Shown here: positions 34,588 to 43,636 of the stretch, piece after piece
Position numbering within the stretch: the stretch's first letter is position 1
How the letters are laid out: each line of letters begins with the position of its first letter
IMG/VR virus record: IMGVR_UViG_3300034378_000239
Length of the DNA stretch: 64,000 bases
Strand: one strand, 5' to 3'
Source: an uncultured virus (IMG/VR IMGVR_UViG_3300034378_000239)
Lineage: Duplodnaviria > Heunggongvirae > Uroviricota > Caudoviricetes
The notes under the pieces: generated by a model
Told to the model about the DNA's origin: nothing
Seen by the model: only the letters and a program-made list of their open reading frames with translations
Databases searched by the model: none
Program-made: the position numbers and the translations under genes

Positions 34588-35582
34588 CGAAGCCCCTTCG
34601 TGTGCTCATCACCGGAGCCTGCGGCTTCATCGGGCACCACGTCGCGCGCGCCATGGTCGATGCCGGCCACGAGGTCGTCGCCCTCGACTGCCTCGATGAA
34701 ACCAGCTCGCTCGACCGCCTGCGGGACTTTCACGATCACGAGCGCTTTCGGTTCGTGTGGCACGACTTGAAGTCGCCGATCAACGACCTCGTGGCCTCGC
34801 TGCTCGGCGACATCAACGCCATCTTTCATCTGGCCGCATCGACCCACGTCGACCGCTCGATCCAGAACTCGATGCCGTTCGTGCTCGACAACGTCGTCGG
34901 CACCGGTCACCTGCTCGAGTACGCGAGATCGCTTCCTGACCTCGTTCTCCTCCTCAACTTCTCGACCGACGAGGTCTTTGGGCCGGCGCCCGAGGGCGTG
35001 GCCTACAAGGAGAACGACCGCTACGACCCGCGCAACCCATACTCGGCGACCAAGGCGGCGGCCGTCGAGCTCGCCCATGCCTACGCCAACACCTACGGCC
35101 TACCGGTGATCACGACGCACTGCATGAACGTGTTCGGCGAGCGTCAGCACCCCGAGAAGTTCGTGCCCCTCATCATCCGCCTTCTTCTGCTCGACGCCCC
35201 GGTCCAGATCCACGCGAGCCCCGACAAAACTGCGCTCGGCTCGCGCTTCTACATCCATGCCGGCGCCGTCGCCAGCCTCATGGTTCAGATCCTCGACCGC
35301 GTCCGCGGTCACGAGTGGCTGCCACCGGACAAGCTGAACATTCCCGGCGAACGCGAGGTCGACAACCTCGCCCTGGCCCGGATGGTCGCCGACTGCGTCG
35401 GCAAGAAGCTTCACTACCAGCTCGTCGACTTCCACTCCACCCGGCCCGGCCACGACCTTCGTTACGCCCTCGACGGCGAGAAGATCGAAAAGCTTGGGTT
35501 CTCGATGCCGTCGAGCTTCGCGGACTCGCTTCGCGCCACGGTTTCATGGTACTTGGCCAACAGGAACTGGCTGCTCCTTTGA
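34584..35582 (+). CDS. rfbB: dTDP-glucose 4,6-dehydratase-like NAD-dependent dehydratase
   Basis: ITGACGFIG, HLAASTHVDRSI, STDEVFG, NPYSATKA, NVFGERQHPEKFVP, RPGHDLRYALD. Confidence 0.9.
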   Translation: MTKPLRVLITGACGFIGHHVARAMVDAGHEVVALDCLDETSSLDRLRDFHDHERFRFVWHDLKSPINDLVASLLGDINAIFHLAASTHVDRSIQNSMPFVLDNVVGTGHLLEYARSLPDLVLLLNFSTDEVFGPAPEGVAYKENDRYDPRNPYSATKAAAVELAHAYANTYGLPVITTHCMNVFGERQHPEKFVPLIIRLLLLDAPVQIHASPDKTALGSRFYIHAGAVASLMVQILDRVRGHEWLPPDKLNIPGEREVDNLALARMVADCVGKKLHYQLVDFHSTRPGHDLRYALDGEKIEKLGFSMPSSFADSLRATVSWYLANRNWLLL

Positions 35583-36385
35583 CAGGCGCCACCGACATCG
35601 TTTTCGCCCGGACCAGACATCAGTACGACTCCTACATCGACTTCTGGTCCCTGGTCGAGCTCTCCGAGTTTTCGACGTGCTTCATCGACGAGATCCGGAT
35701 CGACGAGGCGAAGTGCTTCATCTTCACGCCATGGAACGGCGAGGTCGACCCCCACCTTCAGGCCGAGCTTTCGAGTGGGCGAGACAAGAAGGCGACGCTC
35801 GCCTGGTGGTGCCTTGAGCGCTTCGACGGGATGCCGGTGCCTTATCAGGATGCCCTTGAGCAAGCCGCCGCCTTCGTGGACGAGATGTGGGTCAGCGACC
35901 GCTGGATCTCGTCCTTCGATGAGCGCCTCAAATACGTTCCGCTCGGCAGCCACCCCGGCCTCGGCAACCCGCGCCTCGATCCCGTCTACGACTTCACCCA
36001 CCAAAGCTATGCCTGGGGCCGAAGACAGAGCATGTACAACACGCTTCGGGGCATGGGGCTTCGCGAAGGTCCGAGCACCTGGGGCGACGAGCGGGACGCC
36101 GTCCTTCGCCGCAGCCGACTCGTCCTCAACCTCCAGCAGTACCCGGATCCCGTGACCGCGCCGCTTCGCTTCGCGCTGGCAGCGGCCTACGGCCTTCCCG
36201 CCGTCTCGGAAACGATCAAGGACCCTCACCCGCTCGAGGGCATCGTCTCCTGCGCCGACTACGATGAGATCCCCGCGCTCGTGCGAGCGGTGCTCGCTCA
36301 TGGTGGCGAGAAGATGGCCGAGGATCTCCACGCGCGCCTTTGCGTCGAGCTCACGTTCCGAAAAGGAGTCGAGGGGGCGGTGTGA
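35579..36385 (+). CDS. putative glycosyltransferase (GT-B-like)
   Basis: WGDERDAVLRRSRLVLNL...LRFALAAAYGLPAVSE. Confidence 0.7.
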   Translation: MTGATDIVFARTRHQYDSYIDFWSLVELSEFSTCFIDEIRIDEAKCFIFTPWNGEVDPHLQAELSSGRDKKATLAWWCLERFDGMPVPYQDALEQAAAFVDEMWVSDRWISSFDERLKYVPLGSHPGLGNPRLDPVYDFTHQSYAWGRRQSMYNTLRGMGLREGPSTWGDERDAVLRRSRLVLNLQQYPDPVTAPLRFALAAAYGLPAVSETIKDPHPLEGIVSCADYDEIPALVRAVLAHGGEKMAEDLHARLCVELTFRKGVEGAV

Positions 36386-37299
36386 GCGCGGTTCACCCAG
36401 AGACCGGCCGAGCGTACATCGCCGTCATGCCGAGCGACGGCGCGTTTACGGACATCTGGTCGTGCTATGAGGCCGTGGCGGCACGATGCGCTTGGCTAAG
36501 TGTGATCAGGCCGTCGCTCTTTTTGGATCTCTTGCTCGCGCGCAGAGACGAGCCGACTCTGTTCGTTCACTGGGCACCGAGCATGGTGGCGCCAGCGTCC
36601 CTCCCGGAGGACCGCAAGGCGCTCGTCTTCGCCGTCTACTCCGAAGCCCTCGACGAGGACGAGCGCGTCATGCTCCCCGACCACGTACGTGACTGGCGCA
36701 ACTTCGCCGTGCTCGCCCCCAGGCTCGATGGGGTCTTTGCTCACACCCCGGATATGGTGAGCTCGATCGCGAGGCGGCTTGCGCGGCCGAGCTTCCTGCT
36801 TCCGGTCGGCTGGGATCCGGTCATGGGCACCCCCAGGTGGCAAAGGCCCAAGGACCACGAGGCCCTGTTCGCGGGCTCGATGATCGGGCGCCGGGCCCGA
36901 CTCGTCCCACTTCTCGCAAAGCACCTTGCGCTCACCATCTTGCACGGCGTGTACGGCAAGAACATGAACGACGCGATGAACAGCGCGAAGACGACGCTTT
37001 ACATCGCCCACAGCGATGTCCAGTCGTACAGCACCTGGCGGATCTGGCAAGCACTCGCCTCGTCATCCATGCTGGCCACCGAGGTCGGCGACTGGTGGCC
37101 GCTTTCCTCCTCGCTCTGCTTTTCGCTCCCCAAGCTGCGCCCGGGCAACGTCTCGGATGTCGCGCGCATGATCGGCTCGATCACGCGCGAAGAAGCCGTG
37201 GGCTGCGCCATGGCGCTCCACGACACACTTCGCCATTTCACCACGAGCTTTTGCCTCGATGAGTACGTCGTGAGAGAAACCGCGGAGATCACCAGATGA
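36382..37299 (+). CDS. putative glycosyltransferase (GT-B-like)
   Basis: LFAGSM..RR, GVYG....AMNSAKTTL.I...RIWQAL. Confidence 0.7.
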   Translation: MSAVHPETGRAYIAVMPSDGAFTDIWSCYEAVAARCAWLSVIRPSLFLDLLLARRDEPTLFVHWAPSMVAPASLPEDRKALVFAVYSEALDEDERVMLPDHVRDWRNFAVLAPRLDGVFAHTPDMVSSIARRLARPSFLLPVGWDPVMGTPRWQRPKDHEALFAGSMIGRRARLVPLLAKHLALTILHGVYGKNMNDAMNSAKTTLYIAHSDVQSYSTWRIWQALASSSMLATEVGDWWPLSSSLCFSLPKLRPGNVSDVARMIGSITREEAVGCAMALHDTLRHFTTSFCLDEYVVRETAEITR

Positions 37300-38411
37300 C
37301 CAGGCGCGCGCCGTCCATACCGCTCTTTCGCGTCTTCATGGCGCCCGAGGCCCCCGCTGCCGTCGAGCGCGTTCTTCTTTCTGGCCAGGTCGGCGAGGGG
37401 CCGGTCGCTGGGGCGTTTGAGCGCGAGCTCGGCTCGTTCTTCGGAATGCCTGTGCTCGCCGTGAACTCGTGCACCTCCGCGATCTCGCTCGCGCTTCGGC
37501 TTCTTGAGATCGGCCCGGGCGACGAGGTGATCACCAGTGCCCAGACCTGCGCGGCCACCAACTGCCCGATCGTGACGGCCGGAGCCACTCCCGTGTTCGT
37601 GGACATCGACCCGAGAAGCGGGCTCATCGACCCCGATGACGTGAGGCGAAACCTCACCGGCCGCACCATGGCCATCGTCGCCGTGGACTGGGCGGGCCAT
37701 CCGTGCGACTACGAGGCTCTTCGAGGCTTTGGCCTGCCCATCATCGAGGATGCTGCTCATGCCGTGGGCTCGAGGATCGGCGAGCGCCACGTTGCCGAAG
37801 CGGGCGGCGACCTCGTGTGCTTCTCGTTTCAGGCGATCAAGCACCTCACCACAGGCGATGGCGGCGCTTTGGTCACGCATGACGATGAGCTGCGGACGCG
37901 AGCACGCCTCCTCCGCTGGTACGGGCTCGACCGCGAGGCCAACGTTCGATTCCGGTTCGAGCAGGACATCGAAAGCGCTGGCTACAAGTTCCATATGAAC
38001 GACATCGCAGCCGCGATCGGGCGCGCCAACCTCAAACACCTTCCCGACATCCTTCGCCGACACCGCGTGAACGCGGGCCTTCTTCGCGAGTGCCTAAGGG
38101 GCGTGCCCTACATCGAGCTTCCGCCCTTCGACCAAGGCAGTAGCTGGTGGCTCTTTACGATCCGCATCGGACGCCCCGGCTCGTTCATCCAGCTCATGGC
38201 CAAACGCAGCATCGCGTGCTCGCCCGTTCACGCGAGAAACGACCGGCTCACGGCGTTTCGCGATGTCGGCCGGATGTCCCAACACCTTGCGGGCCTCGAT
38301 GACTTTTCGAGCCGTCAGGTGTCGATCCCGGTCGGCTGGTGGCTCGACCCCGTCGACATCGAGGCCGTCGCGGAGGCTGCCTCCGAATGCGCAAGGCCCC
38401 AAAAGGCATGA
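37296..38411 (+). CDS. DegT/DnrJ/EryC1/StrS sugar aminotransferase
   Basis: NSCTSAI.LAL, IIEDAAHA.G, FSFQAIKHLTTGDGG, GYKFHMNDIAAAIG. Confidence 0.95.
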   Translation: MTRRAPSIPLFRVFMAPEAPAAVERVLLSGQVGEGPVAGAFERELGSFFGMPVLAVNSCTSAISLALRLLEIGPGDEVITSAQTCAATNCPIVTAGATPVFVDIDPRSGLIDPDDVRRNLTGRTMAIVAVDWAGHPCDYEALRGFGLPIIEDAAHAVGSRIGERHVAEAGGDLVCFSFQAIKHLTTGDGGALVTHDDELRTRARLLRWYGLDREANVRFRFEQDIESAGYKFHMNDIAAAIGRANLKHLPDILRRHRVNAGLLRECLRGVPYIELPPFDQGSSWWLFTIRIGRPGSFIQLMAKRSIACSPVHARNDRLTAFRDVGRMSQHLAGLDDFSSRQVSIPVGWWLDPVDIEAVAEAASECARPQKA

Positions 38412-38857
38412 CCGTGCGCCCGGCCACGAGCGTCTTCGACGCGCTCGCCATGCGCCGGGTCCGCAACACGTGTCGCGCGTTCATGACGCGCGACCAGAGC
38501 CGGATCTCCGTCCTTCGCCAGCTCCGGTGGTGGTTCGCGAGGCCGCCCTCCGTGCATGCTTACGTCGCCGACTATCAGGGCGACACCATCGGATACGGCC
38601 TTCTCGTCGAGGACCTCGGACGCGCCTGGCTGACCGGAGGCCTCATCCCAAGCGAGCGAAGCCGCGGCTTCGGCACCGAGGTCTTCCGCTTTCTCGCGCA
38701 CGAGGCCGGGCGGCTCAGGCTCACGCCGTATCTCGAGGTTCGGGCGTCGAACCTCGCTGGACGTCGCGTCTACAAGAAGCTCGGCTTCGTCGAGATCAGG
38801 CGCAGCGGCGACATCCTCACCATGAGAACCAGGCCGTGCCCCGAGTCAACTACGTGA
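38408..38857 (+). CDS. GNAT-family acetyltransferase
   Basis: RSRGFGT, LEVRASN...RVYKKLGF. Confidence 0.85.
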   Translation: MTVRPATSVFDALAMRRVRNTCRAFMTRDQSRISVLRQLRWWFARPPSVHAYVADYQGDTIGYGLLVEDLGRAWLTGGLIPSERSRGFGTEVFRFLAHEAGRLRLTPYLEVRASNLAGRRVYKKLGFVEIRRSGDILTMRTRPCPESTT

Positions 38858-39717
38858 TCGCTTGCTGGATGGGCCAGCGTATGCGCGAAGACCCGCGCCA
38901 GTTCTCCGATCGTTCGTTCTTTCTTCGTACTCACCTTGAGCGCCTATGCGAGCTCGAGCACCGCCTCGACCAGATCACCGTGGTCTTGGCCTTGGGCGGC
39001 GAGGCCGAGCACGAGGCATACGCGCGTGAGCTCACCAAGGTGGGTGATACTCCTGTGGTCGTCCTGACCCGCGCGAACGAGTGCTACAGCTACGGGTCGT
39101 GGGAACACGCGTTTTTGACCTTCCGAGACTCATTCAGCCACTACGTTTTCATCGAGGACGACTACGTTCCGTGCTTCGATCACTTCGACGAGCGTCTCAT
39201 CGACATCGTCGAGCGCAAGCGCACCTACGTGTGCGGGCTCCACGCTTGGCGGCAAACCCACGCGGCAATCAGCAACGCCATCGTCACGAGCGAACTTCTC
39301 GCGGATGTTCTCACGGGCAGTTTCCTTCGCGACGTGAGGGGAATGCCGCGCCCGAGCGACGGTTTCTACTCCCAGCTCATGTGGTCGCGCTGCTTCTACG
39401 AGCGTGGCTACGTCATCGAGGACTGGACCGACGAGCACTCCTCGCCGTTTTGGAACGGCTGGGAGATCCGTTGGTACGGACACCCGTCGTTGCCGTGCAT
39501 GATGGTCCCGATCCAGGCCACCGGGCGTGACATCAGCATTGCAGACGGTGTATCCTGCAGGCTCAATGCAGCCATGACGACCTCCGGCAAGGTGACCCCG
39601 AGTGCCCCCGATGATCAGGCGATGTGGGACGAGTTTTTGTCTCGTGGTTTGGACGACAGTCGCTGGGCGTTCCCGCCCATGGCCTCGAAGCCGTTTTACT
39701 GGTACGACAGCGACTGA
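38836..39717 (+). CDS. putative GT-A glycosyltransferase
   Basis: N..YSYGSW, YVFIEDDYV (DxD-like). Confidence 0.7.
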   Translation: MPRVNYVIACWMGQRMREDPRQFSDRSFFLRTHLERLCELEHRLDQITVVLALGGEAEHEAYARELTKVGDTPVVVLTRANECYSYGSWEHAFLTFRDSFSHYVFIEDDYVPCFDHFDERLIDIVERKRTYVCGLHAWRQTHAAISNAIVTSELLADVLTGSFLRDVRGMPRPSDGFYSQLMWSRCFYERGYVIEDWTDEHSSPFWNGWEIRWYGHPSLPCMMVPIQATGRDISIADGVSCRLNAAMTTSGKVTPSAPDDQAMWDEFLSRGLDDSRWAFPPMASKPFYWYDSD

Positions 39718-40286
39718 TGCACCCGGCCAACGCAGCATTTTGGCGCGAAGTCGCCCGTATGTACCCCGATGACTTTTGCAACAAGCGGGTGGGCGAATTC
39801 GGCAGCTACAACATGAACGACCCCGACAATCTGCCCCGCTCGCTTTGCATCGACTGCGACTACGTCGGGATCGACTGGCGAGCCGGCCCGAACGTCGATC
39901 ATGTCTCGCTTGCGCACGAGGTCGAGCTTTCACCCTTCGACACCGTGGTCTCGGCCTCGATGCTCGAGCACGACCCGTACTGGGACATGAGCATCACACG
40001 CATGATCGAGCTTCTTCGCCCGGGCGGCCTCTTCGCCCTGAGCTGGGGCGCCGCAGGCAATCCACACCACTGCGCGGCCGAAGCCCCCGACGGCGAGTTC
40101 CATCCCCTGCCGGCCCGGTACGTACTCGACAAACTCGCGAGCCTCGGGGTCTGCGTGCGCCTCTTCGCGTACGAAACGCGATGGGGTGGGACCACCGGCG
40201 AGGTCGCGCTCGTCGCGTTCAAGCCCGACATCGATGACTTCGTCCTCGGCGACGACCAAGTCTACATGCCCCAGGAACAACCATGA
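39717..40286 (+). CDS. class I SAM-dependent methyltransferase-like protein
   Basis: EFGSYN, YVGID...GPNVD, FDTVVS.SMLEHDP.W, LLRPGG. Confidence 0.85.
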   Translation: MHPANAAFWREVARMYPDDFCNKRVGEFGSYNMNDPDNLPRSLCIDCDYVGIDWRAGPNVDHVSLAHEVELSPFDTVVSASMLEHDPYWDMSITRMIELLRPGGLFALSWGAAGNPHHCAAEAPDGEFHPLPARYVLDKLASLGVCVRLFAYETRWGGTTGEVALVAFKPDIDDFVLGDDQVYMPQEQP

Positions 40287-40903
40287 TCCTCATCACAGGA
40301 ACAGGACGAAGCGGCACCACGGTCTTCACCCAAGCGCTGGCCAAGGCCGGGGTGGATGTCGGGCCGTACTCTGCGTTTGCCGAGCACCTCGAAGCCATCG
40401 CCATCAATCGCATCATCATGAGCGCGCGCGGCCACCTGGCCTGGGAACGCGTGGGTGAGATGGTCCAGCTCATCGGGCACGGCATCGCGAAGGTCCCAAA
40501 CCCGGCCTTGAAGCAAACCGGGCTCTGCCACACGCTCGACGTGTGGTGGGCGACCCGCAAGGACATCCAAGTCATCGTCTGCCACAGGCGCCTCGACAAC
40601 GCCAAGCGCAGCTTCGTGCACCAGTCGAGTCCCATGCGCCAAGATCTCGCGGCCACCGCCTGGCCGCCATGCACGAACGAGGTCGCAACCGATGCGTGGA
40701 TGGCGTTTTCCTTCGGCCAGCTCATGGACATCCTTTACACGAACGCGATTCCCCACCAGTTCTTCCGCTTCCCCGAGGACCTTGCGAACCCAGGGGCGGC
40801 CTGGGACCGCATGGCCCCGGTGCTCAAATCCGTGATCGGACGGGACTCCTTCATCGGAGGCATGAACGCGGTCGTCGACCCCTCGCTCGTGCATTTTACG
40901 TAA
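40283..40903 (+). CDS. sulfotransferase-like P-loop protein, paralog 1
   Basis: ILITGTGRSGTT (5'-PSB-like), VIVCHR.L. Confidence 0.7.
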   Translation: MILITGTGRSGTTVFTQALAKAGVDVGPYSAFAEHLEAIAINRIIMSARGHLAWERVGEMVQLIGHGIAKVPNPALKQTGLCHTLDVWWATRKDIQVIVCHRRLDNAKRSFVHQSSPMRQDLAATAWPPCTNEVATDAWMAFSFGQLMDILYTNAIPHQFFRFPEDLANPGAAWDRMAPVLKSVIGRDSFIGGMNAVVDPSLVHFT

Positions 40904-40919
40904 CGCTGGCTTTTGCGCC

Positions 40920-41540
40920 ATGCTCGTGATCACCGGCACCGGTCGCAGCGGCACGTCGCTGCTCATCAGGACGCTTGCTCACGCTGGCATCAAGACCGGC
41001 CCCATGGAACCGGTGTTCGGCGAACACGTACCAGCGCTGGCGATCGACCGCGCCGTGCTCGAGCGCCGCGGTTACTTGCCCTGGACAGACCTCGATGCCG
41101 TCGCCGAGAGCGTCCGCGCGCGGGTTTTGGCGGTCGAGGCAGAGGCCCTAAAGGACACCGCGCTCTGCCACACCCTCGATGTGTGGTGGCGGATCCGACA
41201 GGACCTCAGGCTCATCGTATGTCATAGACGACTGGACAAGGTCACGAAGAGCTTCCTTGCCGCCTATCCCGAGGGGCAACGCGAACTCGTGCCGATCGGC
41301 TACCCGCCCTCGATCGGTGACGTCCCTCACGACTCCTGGATGCCCCTCGCGTTCGGGCTGCTCATGGACGTCGTCATCGCGAACCGGATCCCCCACGGGT
41401 ACTTCTACTTTCCCGACGACATCGCGGATCCGAACGCGGCGTGGGACCGACTCGCTTTTCTTCTCGCGCCGATCATCGACCGCGCGGCGTTCGCTCATGC
41501 CCTTGGCGCCGTCGCCGACCCTGCTCTGGTCCACTGGTGA
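40920..41540 (+). CDS. sulfotransferase-like P-loop protein, paralog 2
   Basis: LVITGTGRSGTS; colinear with 40283-40903 (LCHTLDVWW, IVCHRRLD, FP.D.A.P.AAWDR). Confidence 0.7.
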   Translation: MLVITGTGRSGTSLLIRTLAHAGIKTGPMEPVFGEHVPALAIDRAVLERRGYLPWTDLDAVAESVRARVLAVEAEALKDTALCHTLDVWWRIRQDLRLIVCHRRLDKVTKSFLAAYPEGQRELVPIGYPPSIGDVPHDSWMPLAFGLLMDVVIANRIPHGYFYFPDDIADPNAAWDRLAFLLAPIIDRAAFAHALGAVADPALVHW

Positions 41541-41543
41541 GGG

Positions 41544-42185
41544 CTAGCGGGCGCGCATCATCTCGCTGGCCCTGCCGATGACATCTTCCCAAGGCGGAAG
41601 CGTCAGCGCCTTTTGGACCTCGCAGATCCCGAAGCCGGTGTGATGCAGGTGATCGAGGCGCTCCTTGCGGTCAATGATGATCTCCCAGAGCACGCCCATC
41701 TCGTCCCCCGCCATCTGAAGGCCCACGTCATCGAAGAGTATGAGGCCGCCGTCGCGAACGAGCGGCCTGTACAGCGCGTACTCGCCGAAGGCCTGGTTGA
41801 AGGTGTGGTTGCCGTCCACGAACAGCCAGTCGAACGGCGCGAACCGCAGCACGTGCTCGAACGCAACGCCGCTGTTCAGCGTGAGAGCGGTGATGTTTCT
41901 CGTGGGCAGCCTAGCCACGAAGTCGGCGCTTTCGGGGTTTATGTCGAGCGTCACGAGCCGGCACTCCTCGCTGCCCGCAGCCATCGCGGCCGCCGACCAG
42001 CCCCTGTCCGTCCCGATCTCGAGGACCGCCTTCGGCCCGAGAGCGCGCGCGATCTCGTAGAGCGCACGGAAGTACCGCGCGGCCGGATCGTTCGCGTGCG
42101 GCAGATCCAAGAGCCATCTCGGCCTCGTGTCCGGGATCTCGTCAAGCGACCGCGCCACCCGCACGGCTTCATCGAGGTCGCTCAC
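41544..42185 (-). CDS. class I SAM-dependent methyltransferase (Methyltransf_24-like)
   Basis: VLEIGTDRGWS, FDWLFVDGNHT, VRDGGLILFDD. Confidence 0.88.
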   Translation of the reverse strand: MSDLDEAVRVARSLDEIPDTRPRWLLDLPHANDPAARYFRALYEIARALGPKAVLEIGTDRGWSAAAMAAGSEECRLVTLDINPESADFVARLPTRNITALTLNSGVAFEHVLRFAPFDWLFVDGNHTFNQAFGEYALYRPLVRDGGLILFDDVGLQMAGDEMGVLWEIIIDRKERLDHLHHTGFGICEVQKALTLPPWEDVIGRASEMMRAR

Positions 42186-42943
42186 CAGATCAGCTCCCGG
42201 TCCCGGTACGGATGGTCGCCCATGAGCTCGCAGACCTTCGCGAGCACACGAGGCGGCGTGGGCTCGGCTTTGTGCCACAGGTTGTTCACGCAGGGGTGGA
42301 GATCTCCATCTTCGGGCTTCCAGTTCGCGAAGCGCGTAAACCACCCCGGCCGAAGCTCGGCCTGATGGCCGTGGCAACTCCACTTGTAGCGCATGGTCGC
42401 TTCGCACTGCGCGTACCCGAAGTGGTAGATCGGGCACTCCTGGGGGTCGAGATAGGCATCGACGTTAAGCGGGTGCCGCAGATCCACGATCCGGACCGGC
42501 GTGAACTGATCGTGAACCATGTAGCGCCACGACCGGAAGAAGTTCGCGAAGCGGCACATCCACCTGCCCGCCCGGTTTTGCTCCTCGACGCGCGCGAGGC
42601 ATGCACAAAGCGTCTCCGGATCCCAGATCTCGTCGGCGTCGACCACGAGCACGGTGCTTGCGCCCATGTCGCGCGCGAGATCGAGGCCGGCCTTGCGATG
42701 GAGCGCCTCGGTGCCCCACGTTCCCGGGACCCAGCGCACCGTCTTTTTGGCGAAGCGAAGCGCCTGGGCTTTCAGCTCTTCCTCGGTGTCCGGGTTCGGG
42801 ATGTCTCCGCGAAACCCGAAGCTCGGGGACGGCGTGTAGAGGATCGCGATCTCGTCCACGGCGTCCTGGATCGAACGGATCGACCAGGCCAGGTATTCCT
42901 TGCCGTAGTGGAGAACGTAGTACGCGAGCCTCACGTGTGGCAT
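42182..42943 (-). CDS. GT2-like glycosyltransferase
   Basis: SIRSI...VDEI, LVVDADEIW, IYHFGYA. Confidence 0.85.
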   Translation of the reverse strand: MPHVRLAYYVLHYGKEYLAWSIRSIQDAVDEIAILYTPSPSFGFRGDIPNPDTEEELKAQALRFAKKTVRWVPGTWGTEALHRKAGLDLARDMGASTVLVVDADEIWDPETLCACLARVEEQNRAGRWMCRFANFFRSWRYMVHDQFTPVRIVDLRHPLNVDAYLDPQECPIYHFGYAQCEATMRYKWSCHGHQAELRPGWFTRFANWKPEDGDLHPCVNNLWHKAEPTPPRVLAKVCELMGDHPYRDRELIW

Positions 42944-43605
42944 CTAAACGAAAGTACCACGTCATCCATCGGCCCGTTTTGACAGCCAGGGGAAAAGGGG
43001 GTGTTGTCGATGATGACTTCGGCGGGGCCCGCGGGCTTGATGTACGACGCGCAACCAGTGAAGGATTCCGGTTCCGGTTTCCAAGCGCCGCACGGGCCGA
43101 ACGCCAGCACCTCACCCTTGATCGTGATGGTTCTGGCCGAGGCCCAGTTTGAGGTGACGAACGTCGCGCAAAGATCGGCCTCCTCGCCAGCGGTCCCGGG
43201 GAAGTCGTCGAAGTCGAGGTCGAATGTCTGCGTGATGCCCGCGCTGAAGCTGCCAATAGGCACTTCGACCGGCTCGCAGCCCGCGCTCGTGGTCTCACCT
43301 GAGGTCGCCCCTGTGGCGTCCGTCTCGGTGCCGGGGCCATTGGTCCCGGCGCTGGTCGGGCCGCTCTCGGAGCCCGTGAGGCTGTCTGGGCCGGTGGTTT
43401 CCGTGGTTTCCGTGGTTTCTTCGGAGCCGGTGTCAGTAGGATCGGTCTCGGTCGTGTTTGGGGCCGTCGAGCTGCCTAAGCCCGTGGCGTCGGTATCTCC
43501 GCTTCCTTGGGCGCTGGTAGCGCCGGGGTCGGAGAAACAAGCGCCAAGAGGCACAAAGGGCGCGCACAGCGCAACCGATAGAACGAAATGAACGCGAAAG
43601 CTCAT
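42931..43605 (-). CDS. putative lipoprotein with Thr/Ser/Gly-rich linker and small C-terminal beta domain
   Basis: Signal peptide ending LGAC; TET/TGS-rich tract. Confidence 0.7.
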   Translation of the reverse strand: MSFRVHFVLSVALCAPFVPLGACFSDPGATSAQGSGDTDATGLGSSTAPNTTETDPTDTGSEETTETTETTGPDSLTGSESGPTSAGTNGPGTETDATGATSGETTSAGCEPVEVPIGSFSAGITQTFDLDFDDFPGTAGEEADLCATFVTSNWASARTITIKGEVLAFGPCGAWKPEPESFTGCASYIKPAGPAEVIIDNTPFSPGCQNGPMDDVVLSFRCHT

Positions 43606-43636
43606 GATGAGAGAAACGACGCGTGCGCCCCGCGGT

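Noticed and set aside
40283..41540. GTGRSGT proteins as the genome-packaging ATPase
   Set aside because: They lack the Walker A lysine (GKT/S) and a Walker B; motif and context fit sulfotransferase-like proteins.
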